Shown here: piece by piece, positions 7,735-15,996 of the stretch | How the letters are laid out: every line of letters begins with the position of its first letter | How positions within the stretch are numbered: position 1 is the stretch's first letter | DNA from: an uncultured Erysipelotrichaceae bacterium | GTDB lineage: Bacteria; Bacillota_I; Bacilli_A; Erysipelotrichales; Erysipelotrichaceae | Assembly: GCA_902803275.1 (NCBI GenBank) | Contig: CADCPE010000074.1 | Location: forward strand, 1-24,914 | Reading direction: 5' to 3' | Length of the DNA stretch: 24,914 nucleotides | Position numbers and translations under genes: made by a program | The notes under the pieces: model-generated | What the model saw: the letters and a program-made list of their open reading frames with translations, nothing else | The model's database searches: none | What the model was told of the DNA's origin: nothing

Positions 7735-8889
7735 TTAATCACTGCGCTGATGATGCTGGCTCTTCATCTCGTACATCTTATCGTCCATCTGTTTCATGAA
7801 ACTGTCGACATCGCTCTTGTCCGGTTCAAAATAACTGGAACCATATGAGATCTCCAGCCTGTAAGGAAGCTCGTTCTTGCTGTTGAATTCTTCCAGATTC
7901 TTTTCTACTCTCTGCATGTATTCATCAAGACCGTTTGGATCGTTGGTGGTCTTGGCGACAATGAACTCATCTCCAGCAAAACGGAAGACGCGTTCCTGAT
8001 TTTTACGGCTTTTTAAAAGTATATCCGTCAGCATCTTCAGTGCCTTGTCACCTTCCGAGTGACCGAAATTGTCATTGATACTCTTGAAATGATCGATATC
8101 GATCATGATGCCAGCTATACTTCGTTTGTTGGAGATCCAGCCCGACATCATGTGATTGAAATACAGACGGTTGTAGACATCGACGAGTGAATCGATATAG
8201 GCCATTTCATTCTGCTGCATCATATAAAGGCCCATCAGCCCAAGAGCTGCGGAAAGCCAGGCTAAAGACAATCCGTAAAACATGAACTGCAGACCTGCGC
8301 CGATGATGATAGGTATAAGGAACATTTTGATGTTTATGAAAGTCCTGGCACCGTTTTCCTTCTCGTAGCGGTGTGTCTCATACATTGCCACAAAACAGTA
8401 ATAGAAGATAATGACATAGTAGACATAGCTGAACGGTCTTCGTTCATAAACGTTCTGCTCGGTAATGTAGTAGGAGATAGGTATGAAGAAGTTGACGATG
8501 TTCATCGCAAACATGAAGATGCCGACAGCTATCTCTGCCTTGTATCTTTTTGCGATCCTTTTGATATTGCCATACAGTCCCAGATCGACATAGACCAGGA
8601 CCGAAAACGGCAGCAGCAGATTCACGGAATACAGATAGGAGTTGGCGATGTAGTTAAGAAGACGTGAGCCGGGGAAGATCCGTCCATCCAGGGTATACGA
8701 AAAAGCCTCCATGAAGCATCCCAGCATGACTCCGATGATCATGAAAGTAAAGATCTTGTCTTCAATGCTGTCTCTCTGTGTCCTGGTTCTGGACACATAT
8801 AGGAGCATTAACAAAACAAGTATTCCTGTTCCGTTAGCGACATAGATTGAAATCAGATCCATCATTACCCCCTGATTATCGTTCTTCAT
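7735..8889 (-). CDS. Membrane-anchored GGDEF-domain protein (putative diguanylate cyclase, AGDEF variant)
   Basis: Several hydrophobic helices in the first ~225 aa, then DSLVDVYNR, IDIDHFKSINDNFGHSEGD, RFAGDEF, ISYG, DDKMY. The start may instead be MMDLIS (8865/8862) after AGGGGG. Confidence 0.9.
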   Translation of the reverse strand: MKNDNQGVMMDLISIYVANGTGILVLLMLLYVSRTRTQRDSIEDKIFTFMIIGVMLGCFMEAFSYTLDGRIFPGSRLLNYIANSYLYSVNLLLPFSVLVYVDLGLYGNIKRIAKRYKAEIAVGIFMFAMNIVNFFIPISYYITEQNVYERRPFSYVYYVIIFYYCFVAMYETHRYEKENGARTFINIKMFLIPIIIGAGLQFMFYGLSLAWLSAALGLMGLYMMQQNEMAYIDSLVDVYNRLYFNHMMSGWISNKRSIAGIMIDIDHFKSINDNFGHSEGDKALKMLTDILLKSRKNQERVFRFAGDEFIVAKTTNDPNGLDEYMQRVEKNLEEFNSKNELPYRLEISYGSSYFEPDKSDVDSFMKQMDDKMYEMKSQHHQRSD

Positions 8890-8894
8890 TTATC

Positions 8895-8900
8895 ATTATA
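8895..8900 (-). promoter_or_regulatory. Putative -10 box of the GGDEF gene
   Basis: TATAAT, 5 nt before ATG 8889. Confidence 0.5.
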
Positions 8901-8955
8901 GAATAGATTTCAGTTGTTTTTTCATGATCAATACTCAAAAACCCTGATGATATCT

Positions 8956-8961
8956 TATAAT
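8956..8961 (+). promoter_or_regulatory. Putative -10 box of the PHP phosphatase gene (leaderless geometry)
   Basis: TATAAT-TTTGGT-ATG (6 nt spacing); no SD. Confidence 0.6.
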
Positions 8962-8967
8962 TTTGGT

Positions 8968-9804
8968 ATGCTGGCAGATTACCATGTACACTCTGAATTT
9001 TCTGATGATTCCGATTACGATATGGAGGAAGTCGTAAAAGACGCCATCGATATCGGCCTGGATGAGATCTGTTTTACTGACCATGTCGATTACGGCATCA
9101 AACTCGATCATGGCGTAAAAGGTTGCACACCCAGGCTTGATGAAAATGGTCAGCCGCTTAGAAATGTAGACTATCCCAGCTATTTCAGAAAGATTGCCTA
9201 CCTTCAAGACAAATATAGAGGCAGGATCGTGATAAAGAAAGGCCTGGAATTCGGTGTCCAGATGTGCAGGCTCAAAGAATACCAGGACCTCTATGACAGA
9301 TATCCCCTGGATTTTGTGATCCATTCCAATCATCAGGTCGATGATATCGAGATCTTTCTTCCGGAATTCTTTGCAGGCAAGACGCAGAAAGAATACAACC
9401 GCGTCTATTATGAAGAGATACTAAGGACTGTAAATGCCTACAAGGACTATTCGGTGCTCGGCCACCTCGATGCCTTCAACCGCTATGACCCCAAAGGAGC
9501 CTGTCCACTGGAAGATTTTGTCGACCTCATCTACGAGATACTGAAAGTCGTCATCAACGACAACAAAGGTATTGAACTTAACACTTCCAATATCAGATAC
9601 GGGGTAAAGGATCTGACTCCTTCAAGAGACATCCTCAGGATATACAAGGAACTTGGCGGGAAGATAATCACCATCGGTTCCGATTCCCACACCAGGCAGC
9701 ACCTTGGCTTCAACCTGGAATACGCTCAAAGTGAACTCAAAAAGCTCGGCTTTGAATACTTCTGCACATACAGGAAGATGAAGCCGATCTTCCATAAACT
9801 ATAA
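8968..9804 (+). CDS. HisJ-family PHP phosphatase (histidinol-phosphatase-like)
   Basis: DYHVHSEFSDD, FTDH, GLEFG, HSNH, GHLD, IELNTS, TIGSDSH. Start taken as MLADYH at 8968. Confidence 0.88.
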   Translation: MLADYHVHSEFSDDSDYDMEEVVKDAIDIGLDEICFTDHVDYGIKLDHGVKGCTPRLDENGQPLRNVDYPSYFRKIAYLQDKYRGRIVIKKGLEFGVQMCRLKEYQDLYDRYPLDFVIHSNHQVDDIEIFLPEFFAGKTQKEYNRVYYEEILRTVNAYKDYSVLGHLDAFNRYDPKGACPLEDFVDLIYEILKVVINDNKGIELNTSNIRYGVKDLTPSRDILRIYKELGGKIITIGSDSHTRQHLGFNLEYAQSELKKLGFEYFCTYRKMKPIFHKL

Positions 9805-9835
9805 AAAAAGATGAACTAGTCTTTACTGTTCATCT
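9803..9835 (-). terminator. Terminator overlapping the gmk stop codon
   Basis: Minus strand reads AGATGAAC-AGTAAAGACTA-GTTCATCT-TTTTTT. Confidence 0.6.
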
Positions 9836-10388
9836 CATCCAATATGATCTGTCTTACTTCCTGAATGGTCTTCTGCAGATCGTCGTTACAGACGACATGT
9901 TCATAGAAGCCCATTTCTTTCATTTCCTTTTTGGCCTTGGAGATCCTCTTCATGATCGTCTCCTCGTCTTCGGAACTTCTCTCTCTGAGCCTTCTTTCAA
10001 GCTCTTCGATCGAAGGCGGAACGATATAGATGCTCAAGGCATCCGGACATTTTTCCAGGACCTGTTTGGCACCTCTGATCTCAATCTCCAGAATGACGTT
10101 TTTGCCCTGCTCGCGCATCTTCTCAACGTATTCCTTAGGTGTGCCATAGTCATTACCGACGAAACGGGCGTGTTCAAGCAGTTCACCGTTTTTCACCGCC
10201 TCCAGAAACCTCTTCTTATCCACAAAGAAATAATTGACTCCATCTACCTCGCCTTCTCTTGGTTGTCTGGTTGTCATCGATACTGAATAAGCCAGGTTGA
10301 GATCTTCCATAGGCATGAGTTCATTCAAAATAGTGCCCTTGCCTACTCCACTCACTCCACTGTATACGATTAGTAATCCCTTTTTCAT
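9816..10388 (-). CDS. gmk: Guanylate kinase
   Basis: SGVSGVGKGT P-loop, SVSMTTRQPREGEVDGVNYFFV, YGTP, LEIEIRGA; 190 aa. Confidence 0.98.
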   Translation of the reverse strand: MKKGLLIVYSGVSGVGKGTILNELMPMEDLNLAYSVSMTTRQPREGEVDGVNYFFVDKKRFLEAVKNGELLEHARFVGNDYGTPKEYVEKMREQGKNVILEIEIRGAKQVLEKCPDALSIYIVPPSIEELERRLRERSSEDEETIMKRISKAKKEMKEMGFYEHVVCNDDLQKTIQEVRQIILDEMNSKD

Positions 10389-10412
10389 AATTTATTAAGT
10401 TTATTTTACAAT
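10384..10412 (+). promoter_or_regulatory. Putative promoter of the rlmA-like gene (leaderless geometry)
   Basis: TTCATA (10384-10389) - 17 nt - TACAAT (10407-10412) - 6 nt - ATG 10419. Confidence 0.55.
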
Positions 10413-10418
10413 AATAAT

Positions 10419-11204
10419 ATGGAAATTGCGTGTCCAGTTTGTAAAAAACCGTTACATAAGGAAGCAGGCTGTTATAAATGCGAAAACAGGCACAGTTTTG
10501 ACATAGCCAAAGAAGGATATCTGAATCTCAATCTAAGAAATTCGCAGAATACCGGTGATAATCCCGAGATGATAAAAGCCCGCAAGAACTTCCTGGAAAA
10601 AGGCTATTATGATTTCCTGAAAGATAAGGTCAATGAGCTTTTAAATGAAGACGAGACTCTGCTCGATCTGGCATGCGGTGAAGGCTACTACACCATGGAT
10701 TTCAAATGTAAAGACAAGGTCGGCATCGATCTGTCCAAATCCGGACTAAAGATCGCATCCAAAAACGACAAGGGCACATTATATATCCTGAGTTCGATCT
10801 TCCGCTGTCCTTTATCTGATGAAAGTGCCGATAAGGTCATAACCATTTTTGCCCCGATCGCCAAAGACGAAATAAAAAGAATCCTGAAGAAAGATGGAAC
10901 CTTCATTCTGGTCAAACCGGATGTGCGGCATCTTTTTGAACTCAAGCAGGCGCTCTATGATGAGCCATATCTTAATGAAGTTGAAGACATTCCGATCGAA
11001 GGCATGCATATTGAAAAGCACATTCCTGTTTCCGATAAGGCTCTGCTAAGCAAAGAAGATCTTCATAATCTCTTCATGATGACGCCTTACTACAACACCA
11101 CATCGCAGAACGATAAGCAGAAACTTGAAGTGATAGATGAACTTGAAGTAGGTTTCTGTTTTGTGATCGACCTCTACAGATTCGATCAGCAGCTTTCCGT
11201 ATAA
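10419..11204 (+). CDS. rlmA: RlmA-family 23S rRNA m1G745/748 methyltransferase
   Basis: N-terminal Zn finger CPVC...C-ENRHSFDIAKEGYLNL, GDNPEMIKARKNFL, SAM motif LDLACGEGYY, LFMMTPYY. Confidence 0.85.
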   Translation: MEIACPVCKKPLHKEAGCYKCENRHSFDIAKEGYLNLNLRNSQNTGDNPEMIKARKNFLEKGYYDFLKDKVNELLNEDETLLDLACGEGYYTMDFKCKDKVGIDLSKSGLKIASKNDKGTLYILSSIFRCPLSDESADKVITIFAPIAKDEIKRILKKDGTFILVKPDVRHLFELKQALYDEPYLNEVEDIPIEGMHIEKHIPVSDKALLSKEDLHNLFMMTPYYNTTSQNDKQKLEVIDELEVGFCFVIDLYRFDQQLSV

Positions 11205-11241
11205 GCAGCATGAAATGCAAGGATATCCAAAGGTTAATGTT

Positions 11242-13284
11242 ATGTCAGATAACGGTTTCGATCTAAACGAAATGACGCTTTCGGTCATTGATGAATTCGG
11301 CGGGCATATGCCCGGAGGTTTTTTCATCTACCGTTCTGAAGGAGATGGAGAACTGATCTATGCCAACAAGCCGGTCTTTTCGATCTTTGGCTGCAGGGAC
11401 CTGGAAGAATTCAAGGAACTCACCGGCTACACTTTCAAAGGAATGGTCCATCCGGAAGATTATGACAGGATCAGTTCTTCGATCAGCGATCAGATAGAAA
11501 ACAGTGATGATCACATGGACTATGCGGAGTATCGGATCATCCGCAAGGATAAGGCGATCCGCTGGGTCGATGATTATGGCCATTATCTTAATACCGCCAC
11601 TTATGGCGGCGTATATACGGTCTTTATTTCCGATATTACGGAAAAGCACGAACAGATAGAGTCAAACATCGCATCGCAGATGGCAACGATCGAAGCGCTC
11701 AACGAAACTTTAAAGAAGGTCCATATTGAACACATCACCTTCTCCAAAGTCGCCCAGGCTCTGGCCGGTGACTATTTCAGCATCTACGTCGTCGACCCTG
11801 AAACAGACAACTTTGTCCGCTACAGTGTCACAACAGAATATGACAGACTTGGTCTGCAGAAAAGCGGTGAAGACTTCTTCACTATGATGAGGAAAAATCT
11901 GGAAAAACTGATCCATCAGGATGACCGTGCCCGTTTCATGAACATCTTTACCAAGGAAAAGGTCCTCTCCATCATGAAAAGAGACGGCAGCTTCACGACC
12001 AAGTTCAGACTGCTGATGGATGAAGGGCCGACCTACGTTTCCATGAAGGCGACTCTGCTGGTAGATGAGGACGGCAGCCATCTGATCATCGGTACCAACA
12101 ACATCGATGCGCAAATGAAGCGTGAACAGGAATTCCAGCAGAAGATGAGCGATGCACGCAACAAGGCCAAAAACGATTTTCTGGCCAATATGTCTCACGA
12201 CATCAGGACGCCGATGAATGCGATCGTCGGTTACACCAATATCGCCAATGCCAACCTTGACGATCATGAGCTGGTAAGGGATTCTTTGGCCAAGATCGGT
12301 TCTTCATCGCACTTCCTGCTTTCCTTGATCAATGACGTACTGGATATGTCCAAGATCGAAAGCGGCATGATGCAGCTCAACGAAGGGCCGTGTGATCTTG
12401 ATAAGATCTTTAACCGGATAGAGGATATCACTTCGCTGCAGGCCAGAAAGAAAAATCTCAATACGTGCTACAACAAGGACAATGTCGTACACACCCACGT
12501 ACTTGCCGATGAACTAAGGATCGAACAGATCCTGATCAACATCGTCAACAACGCGATCAAATATACTCCGGAAGGAAAGGATGTTGAACTCAGGGCTGAG
12601 GAACTCGGGCCTGTTGAAGGAGAAAGAAACAGATACCGTTTCACGATCAGCGATACGGGTATCGGGATCTCTGAAGACTATCTGCCGCACATCTTTGACA
12701 GTTTCACCAGGGAACAGAACACAACGATCAACCGAATTCAGGGTACCGGACTTGGCCTGGCAATAACCGCCAGAGTTGTCGAACAGATGGGTGGCAGGAT
12801 CGAGGTTGAAAGCAAGCTCAACGAAGGATCGACCTTCACCGTAACGCTTGACCTCAAACCGATCAGTCTTGAAGAAAAGGATACTGAAGAGATCCAGGAG
12901 CTCAACATCGAAGGACACAAGGTACTGCTTGTGGAGGATAACGACATCAATGCGGAGATCGCCATGATGATGCTGAAGCAGAATGGCATTGAAATCGACA
13001 GAGCGGAAAATGGCCTCGTCGGTTTGGAGATGGTAAGAGAAAACCACTATGCCGCTGTTCTGATGGACATTCAGATGCCGGTCATGAACGGCTATGAGAC
13101 CAGCAGAGCCATCAGACAGCTGGATGGCGAATACTTTAGAAAGCTGCCGATCATCGCCATCAGTGCCAATGCCTATGACGACGATGTCAAGCAGTGTCTT
13201 GAAGCAGGCATGAACGATCATATCGCCAAACCGTTCAATCCCGATGATCTGATGAGGCTTTTGCACAGATATATAAACGAATAG
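11242..13284 (+). CDS. Cytoplasmic hybrid sensor histidine kinase/response regulator (PAS-PAS-like, HisKA, HATPase, REC)
   Basis: H-box FLANMSHDIRTPMNAI, N-box NIVNNAIKYT, G1 ISDTGIGIS, G2 GTGLGLAI, REC LLVEDN/LMDIQMPVMNG/KP. PAS signatures VHPED, IHQDD, RWV. No TM helix. Start 11242 follows AAAGGT; alternative start 11215. Confidence 0.93.
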   Translation: MSDNGFDLNEMTLSVIDEFGGHMPGGFFIYRSEGDGELIYANKPVFSIFGCRDLEEFKELTGYTFKGMVHPEDYDRISSSISDQIENSDDHMDYAEYRIIRKDKAIRWVDDYGHYLNTATYGGVYTVFISDITEKHEQIESNIASQMATIEALNETLKKVHIEHITFSKVAQALAGDYFSIYVVDPETDNFVRYSVTTEYDRLGLQKSGEDFFTMMRKNLEKLIHQDDRARFMNIFTKEKVLSIMKRDGSFTTKFRLLMDEGPTYVSMKATLLVDEDGSHLIIGTNNIDAQMKREQEFQQKMSDARNKAKNDFLANMSHDIRTPMNAIVGYTNIANANLDDHELVRDSLAKIGSSSHFLLSLINDVLDMSKIESGMMQLNEGPCDLDKIFNRIEDITSLQARKKNLNTCYNKDNVVHTHVLADELRIEQILINIVNNAIKYTPEGKDVELRAEELGPVEGERNRYRFTISDTGIGISEDYLPHIFDSFTREQNTTINRIQGTGLGLAITARVVEQMGGRIEVESKLNEGSTFTVTLDLKPISLEEKDTEEIQELNIEGHKVLLVEDNDINAEIAMMMLKQNGIEIDRAENGLVGLEMVRENHYAAVLMDIQMPVMNGYETSRAIRQLDGEYFRKLPIIAISANAYDDDVKQCLEAGMNDHIAKPFNPDDLMRLLHRYINE

Positions 13285-13296
13285 AAAAAAGCAATC

Positions 13297-13325
13297 AAAA
13301 AGAAGAATCTCAATTCTTCTTTTTT
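13297..13325. terminator. Bidirectional AT-rich terminator between the kinase and the SDR gene
   Basis: AAAAAGAAGAAT-CTCA-ATTCTTCTTTTTT. Confidence 0.7.
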
Positions 13326-13343
13326 CAATCCGTAACCGTTTTT

Positions 13344-14132
13344 TTAACCGTTCCTTTTCTTCTTTGTTTTTGACTGCAGGAATCCTACAGCTCTGGCACA
13401 CAGTTCCAGAGGCAGGTGTCTGGCAACATTTATCAGGATCTTGTACTGGATGCCATCTATTGCATACGGCTTGTTGCTGGTAAACAGCTGATAGCCTGTC
13501 TTTGCAGCATCGGAAGATGTTCTGGCAAAGACATTGTCATAAATGCTTGCGGTCTCGCCGTTTGCGACTTTCCAGAAATCGGATCTGGTCGGTGCCGGAC
13601 ACAGGACTGAAACCTTGATATTGTCGTCACGCAGTTCTTCTCTTAAGGCCATTGAAAAAGACATGACGAAGGCTTTGGTCGCATAGTAGACAGCCATGTA
13701 TGGTCCCGGGATCAGGGAAGCGACAGAGCCTGTATTGATCACGTGGCCATAGCCGGCATTCTTCATATCCTTGATAAAATAGTAGGTCAGGGCGACCAGA
13801 GCCTTGTTGTTGAGTTCGATCATGCCTAAAGCCTTGTCAAGATCGCTGTCAATGAAATTTCCGTAATCGCCGTATCCGGCGTTGTTTATCAGTACCGATA
13901 CCTCGTATTCCTTTTCCTTGCAGAAATCATAGACGGCTTTCGGATCGGCTGTCAGATCACACGCAAAACAATCGACATTGACTTTATACTCTTCGACAAA
14001 CTCTTTCCTTATTTCTTCAAGCAGTTCCGCTCTTCTTGCCACCAGGACCAGATTATAGCCGCGGCAGGCAAACTCTCTGGCAAATTCCTTGCCGATGCCC
14101 GAAGAGGCACCCGTAACCAGTACAACGTTCAT
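13344..14132 (-). CDS. Classical short-chain dehydrogenase/reductase
   Basis: TGASSGIG, LVARR, NNAGYG, catalytic Ser in TGSVAS, YYATK, VLCPAPT. Start overlaps the whiA stop (TAATG). Confidence 0.93.
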   Translation of the reverse strand: MNVVLVTGASSGIGKEFAREFACRGYNLVLVARRAELLEEIRKEFVEEYKVNVDCFACDLTADPKAVYDFCKEKEYEVSVLINNAGYGDYGNFIDSDLDKALGMIELNNKALVALTYYFIKDMKNAGYGHVINTGSVASLIPGPYMAVYYATKAFVMSFSMALREELRDDNIKVSVLCPAPTRSDFWKVANGETASIYDNVFARTSSDAAKTGYQLFTSNKPYAIDGIQYKILINVARHLPLELCARAVGFLQSKTKKKRNG

Positions 14133-15070
14133 TATTCTTCCTCCAATGTTTCCGCAATATTTTCGAGTTTATTGAGCCGGTGTTTCATTCCCGATTTGGA
14201 AACTACTTCACCGTAGGCTTTCTGATAGTATTCGCAAAGTTCCAACAGTGAGGCTTCAGGATACCTGATCCTGATGTCTGCCACATTTCTGAGTTTTTCA
14301 GGCAGCTTGGAAAACTTGCCCTTTTCAATGATCCTGTTGATAAAGGTGATCTGCCTTTCTCCCGCTCTGATGATCTTTTCCTCGTTGGCGATCTCACAGT
14401 TGTCGATCCTGCTGATCGAATTCTTCAGATCCCTGCCGATCCTTTCATCTTCAAAGCGCATCATCGCATCATGTGCACCGATCAGCGCCAGGAAATCAGA
14501 AATGTAATCGGCCTTCTTGAGATAGACGATATATCTGGTCCTTCTTTTGACGATCTTGCCCTGCATATCGAAACGGGAGATCAGTTTGACGATGAAGTTG
14601 GCATAATCGATCTTCGCCAAGGAGATTTCCAGATGGTAATTGGAGTTCTGCGGATCATTGCAGGATCCGTAAGCCAGAAAGGCACCAGCCAGATAATTGG
14701 AAGCGCAGCAGTTGCGGCTGACGATCTCATAGCCGGGATGGGACTGGATGCTTCCCTGATTCATCAGTTTGAGATCTTCCAGGATCTCACGGGCATTCTG
14801 CTTTATTTCGATCGTATAGACGTTGTTTTTCTTGAGGTTGGTCTTCTTGCCTATGACCAGTTCCGTATCGACATCATAGAGTTCCTTCAAAAGAAAAACG
14901 ATCCTTTTGGAAGTTGTAGGACTCTCGCTTCTGATCAGCAGACCGAGATTTCTGTTGGAGATCGTAAGCGAACCGGTAAGCTGGATCAGAGCGCTCAGCT
15001 GAGCCTTCTGGCAGTGCTTCTCCAGTTTGGCGATGGCGATCTCCTGTTTTATTTCCGTAGTAAAAGACAT
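14132..15070 (-). CDS. whiA: DNA-binding protein WhiA
   Basis: MSFTTEIK, YLAGAFLAYGSCNDP..YHLEI, YLKKADYISDFL..IGA, NCEIAN, LRNVADIRIRYPEASLLEL, SKSGMKHRL. Confidence 0.97.
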   Translation of the reverse strand: MSFTTEIKQEIAIAKLEKHCQKAQLSALIQLTGSLTISNRNLGLLIRSESPTTSKRIVFLLKELYDVDTELVIGKKTNLKKNNVYTIEIKQNAREILEDLKLMNQGSIQSHPGYEIVSRNCCASNYLAGAFLAYGSCNDPQNSNYHLEISLAKIDYANFIVKLISRFDMQGKIVKRRTRYIVYLKKADYISDFLALIGAHDAMMRFEDERIGRDLKNSISRIDNCEIANEEKIIRAGERQITFINRIIEKGKFSKLPEKLRNVADIRIRYPEASLLELCEYYQKAYGEVVSKSGMKHRLNKLENIAETLEEE

Positions 15071-15996
15071 TAAAGGATCTTCTCCAGTGCTTCTTTGATC
15101 CTGATGGGATCGTGTCTGACCAGGCCTCTGTCAAATTTAAGCAAAGGCATCTTGATGACCTCCAGTCCGCAGTCGCCGTTATCGATCACTTCGATCGAAT
15201 TGTGCTGTGAATAGCGATAAAGGATCTCGTCAGGGATCTTGTCGTTGTGCATGATGACTTTATCGACATCGGTGTGATGTTTATGGAAGGCATTAAGATG
15301 CGCCAGCAGATCATAGTTGTATGTTTCATTGGACTGCGTCATGCAGTTGGCGATATAGATCTTGGGAGCCCTGGAATTTCTCAAAGCTTCATTTATGCCC
15401 GGAATGATCGTGTTGGGAAGGATCGATGTATAAAGCGAACCGATGCCATAGACGATCAGATCGGCGTTATCTATAGCCTCGATTGCTTCACTATTGGCTT
15501 TGACTTCCACATCGTAGAATACTTTTTCGATATTGTGGATCAGGCTTGGAATATTGGCCTCGCCTTTGACGATCGTATCATCATCCATCATTGCGAACAG
15601 CGTGACATTCTGCAGGGTTGAAGGGATGATGTTTCCTCTTACCTTCAGCATATCCGAAGTTATCCTGATCGCTTCATCAAAAGAACCGGTCATCTCTGTC
15701 AGGGCGGTGAGAATGAGATTTCCCAGAGAATGCCCAGCGATATCCATGTTGTCCTCTCCTTCAAAACGGTAGTTCATCAGTTCATGAAGCAAAGGTTCGC
15801 TGTCCGATAAAGATAAAAGCACATTCCTGACATCGCCCATGGCCGGGATCGTATAGCGTTTTCTTAGTCTTCCGGTCGAACCGCCATCATCGGCGACCGT
15901 CACGATAGCTGAAATAGAGATATCATCGATATCTCTAATGCCCTTAAGGATCGCTGAAAGACCGTGACCACCGCCGATCGCTACGACGTTCTTCAT
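15070..15996 (-). CDS. yvcK: Gluconeogenesis factor YvcK/GlmR family protein
   Basis: VVAIGGGHGLS, VTVADDGGSTGRLR, GDVRN, GHSLGNL, GSLYTSILPN, VRHDP. ATG 15996 overlaps the rapZ TGA (ATGA) and follows GGAG. Confidence 0.95.
   Translation of the reverse strand: MKNVVAIGGGHGLSAILKGIRDIDDISISAIVTVADDGGSTGRLRKRYTIPAMGDVRNVLLSLSDSEPLLHELMNYRFEGEDNMDIAGHSLGNLILTALTEMTGSFDEAIRITSDMLKVRGNIIPSTLQNVTLFAMMDDDTIVKGEANIPSLIHNIEKVFYDVEVKANSEAIEAIDNADLIVYGIGSLYTSILPNTIIPGINEALRNSRAPKIYIANCMTQSNETYNYDLLAHLNAFHKHHTDVDKVIMHNDKIPDEILYRYSQHNSIEVIDNGDCGLEVIKMPLLKFDRGLVRHDPIRIKEALEKIL

Noticed and set aside
7580-7738. 52-aa plus-strand ORF (MSNISLKQ...) and 26-aa minus-strand ORF (MASKWQGD...) as type I toxin candidates
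   Set aside because: Neither has an SD or a clean TM helix. The first starts just after the rpsD terminator and its hydrophobicity reflects T-rich DNA; the second crosses a terminator.
272-13284. Genome-wide TAG reassignment or pyrrolysine as the explanation for the ezrA amber
   Set aside because: The lipoprotein, pepP, ezrA (final codon), gmk and the kinase all end at TAG at expected positions. For gmk and the kinase, a terminator lies before any later in-frame stop. No pyl genes are in the window.
12514-13401. Long antisense ORFs (295 aa here; also 1360-1995, 14471-15073, 24233-24823 and others)
   Set aside because: They are shadows of real genes on the opposite strand. Heavy use of ATC/GAT/GAC-type codons (visible as abundant GATC) keeps antisense frames open, and they show no recognisable motifs.
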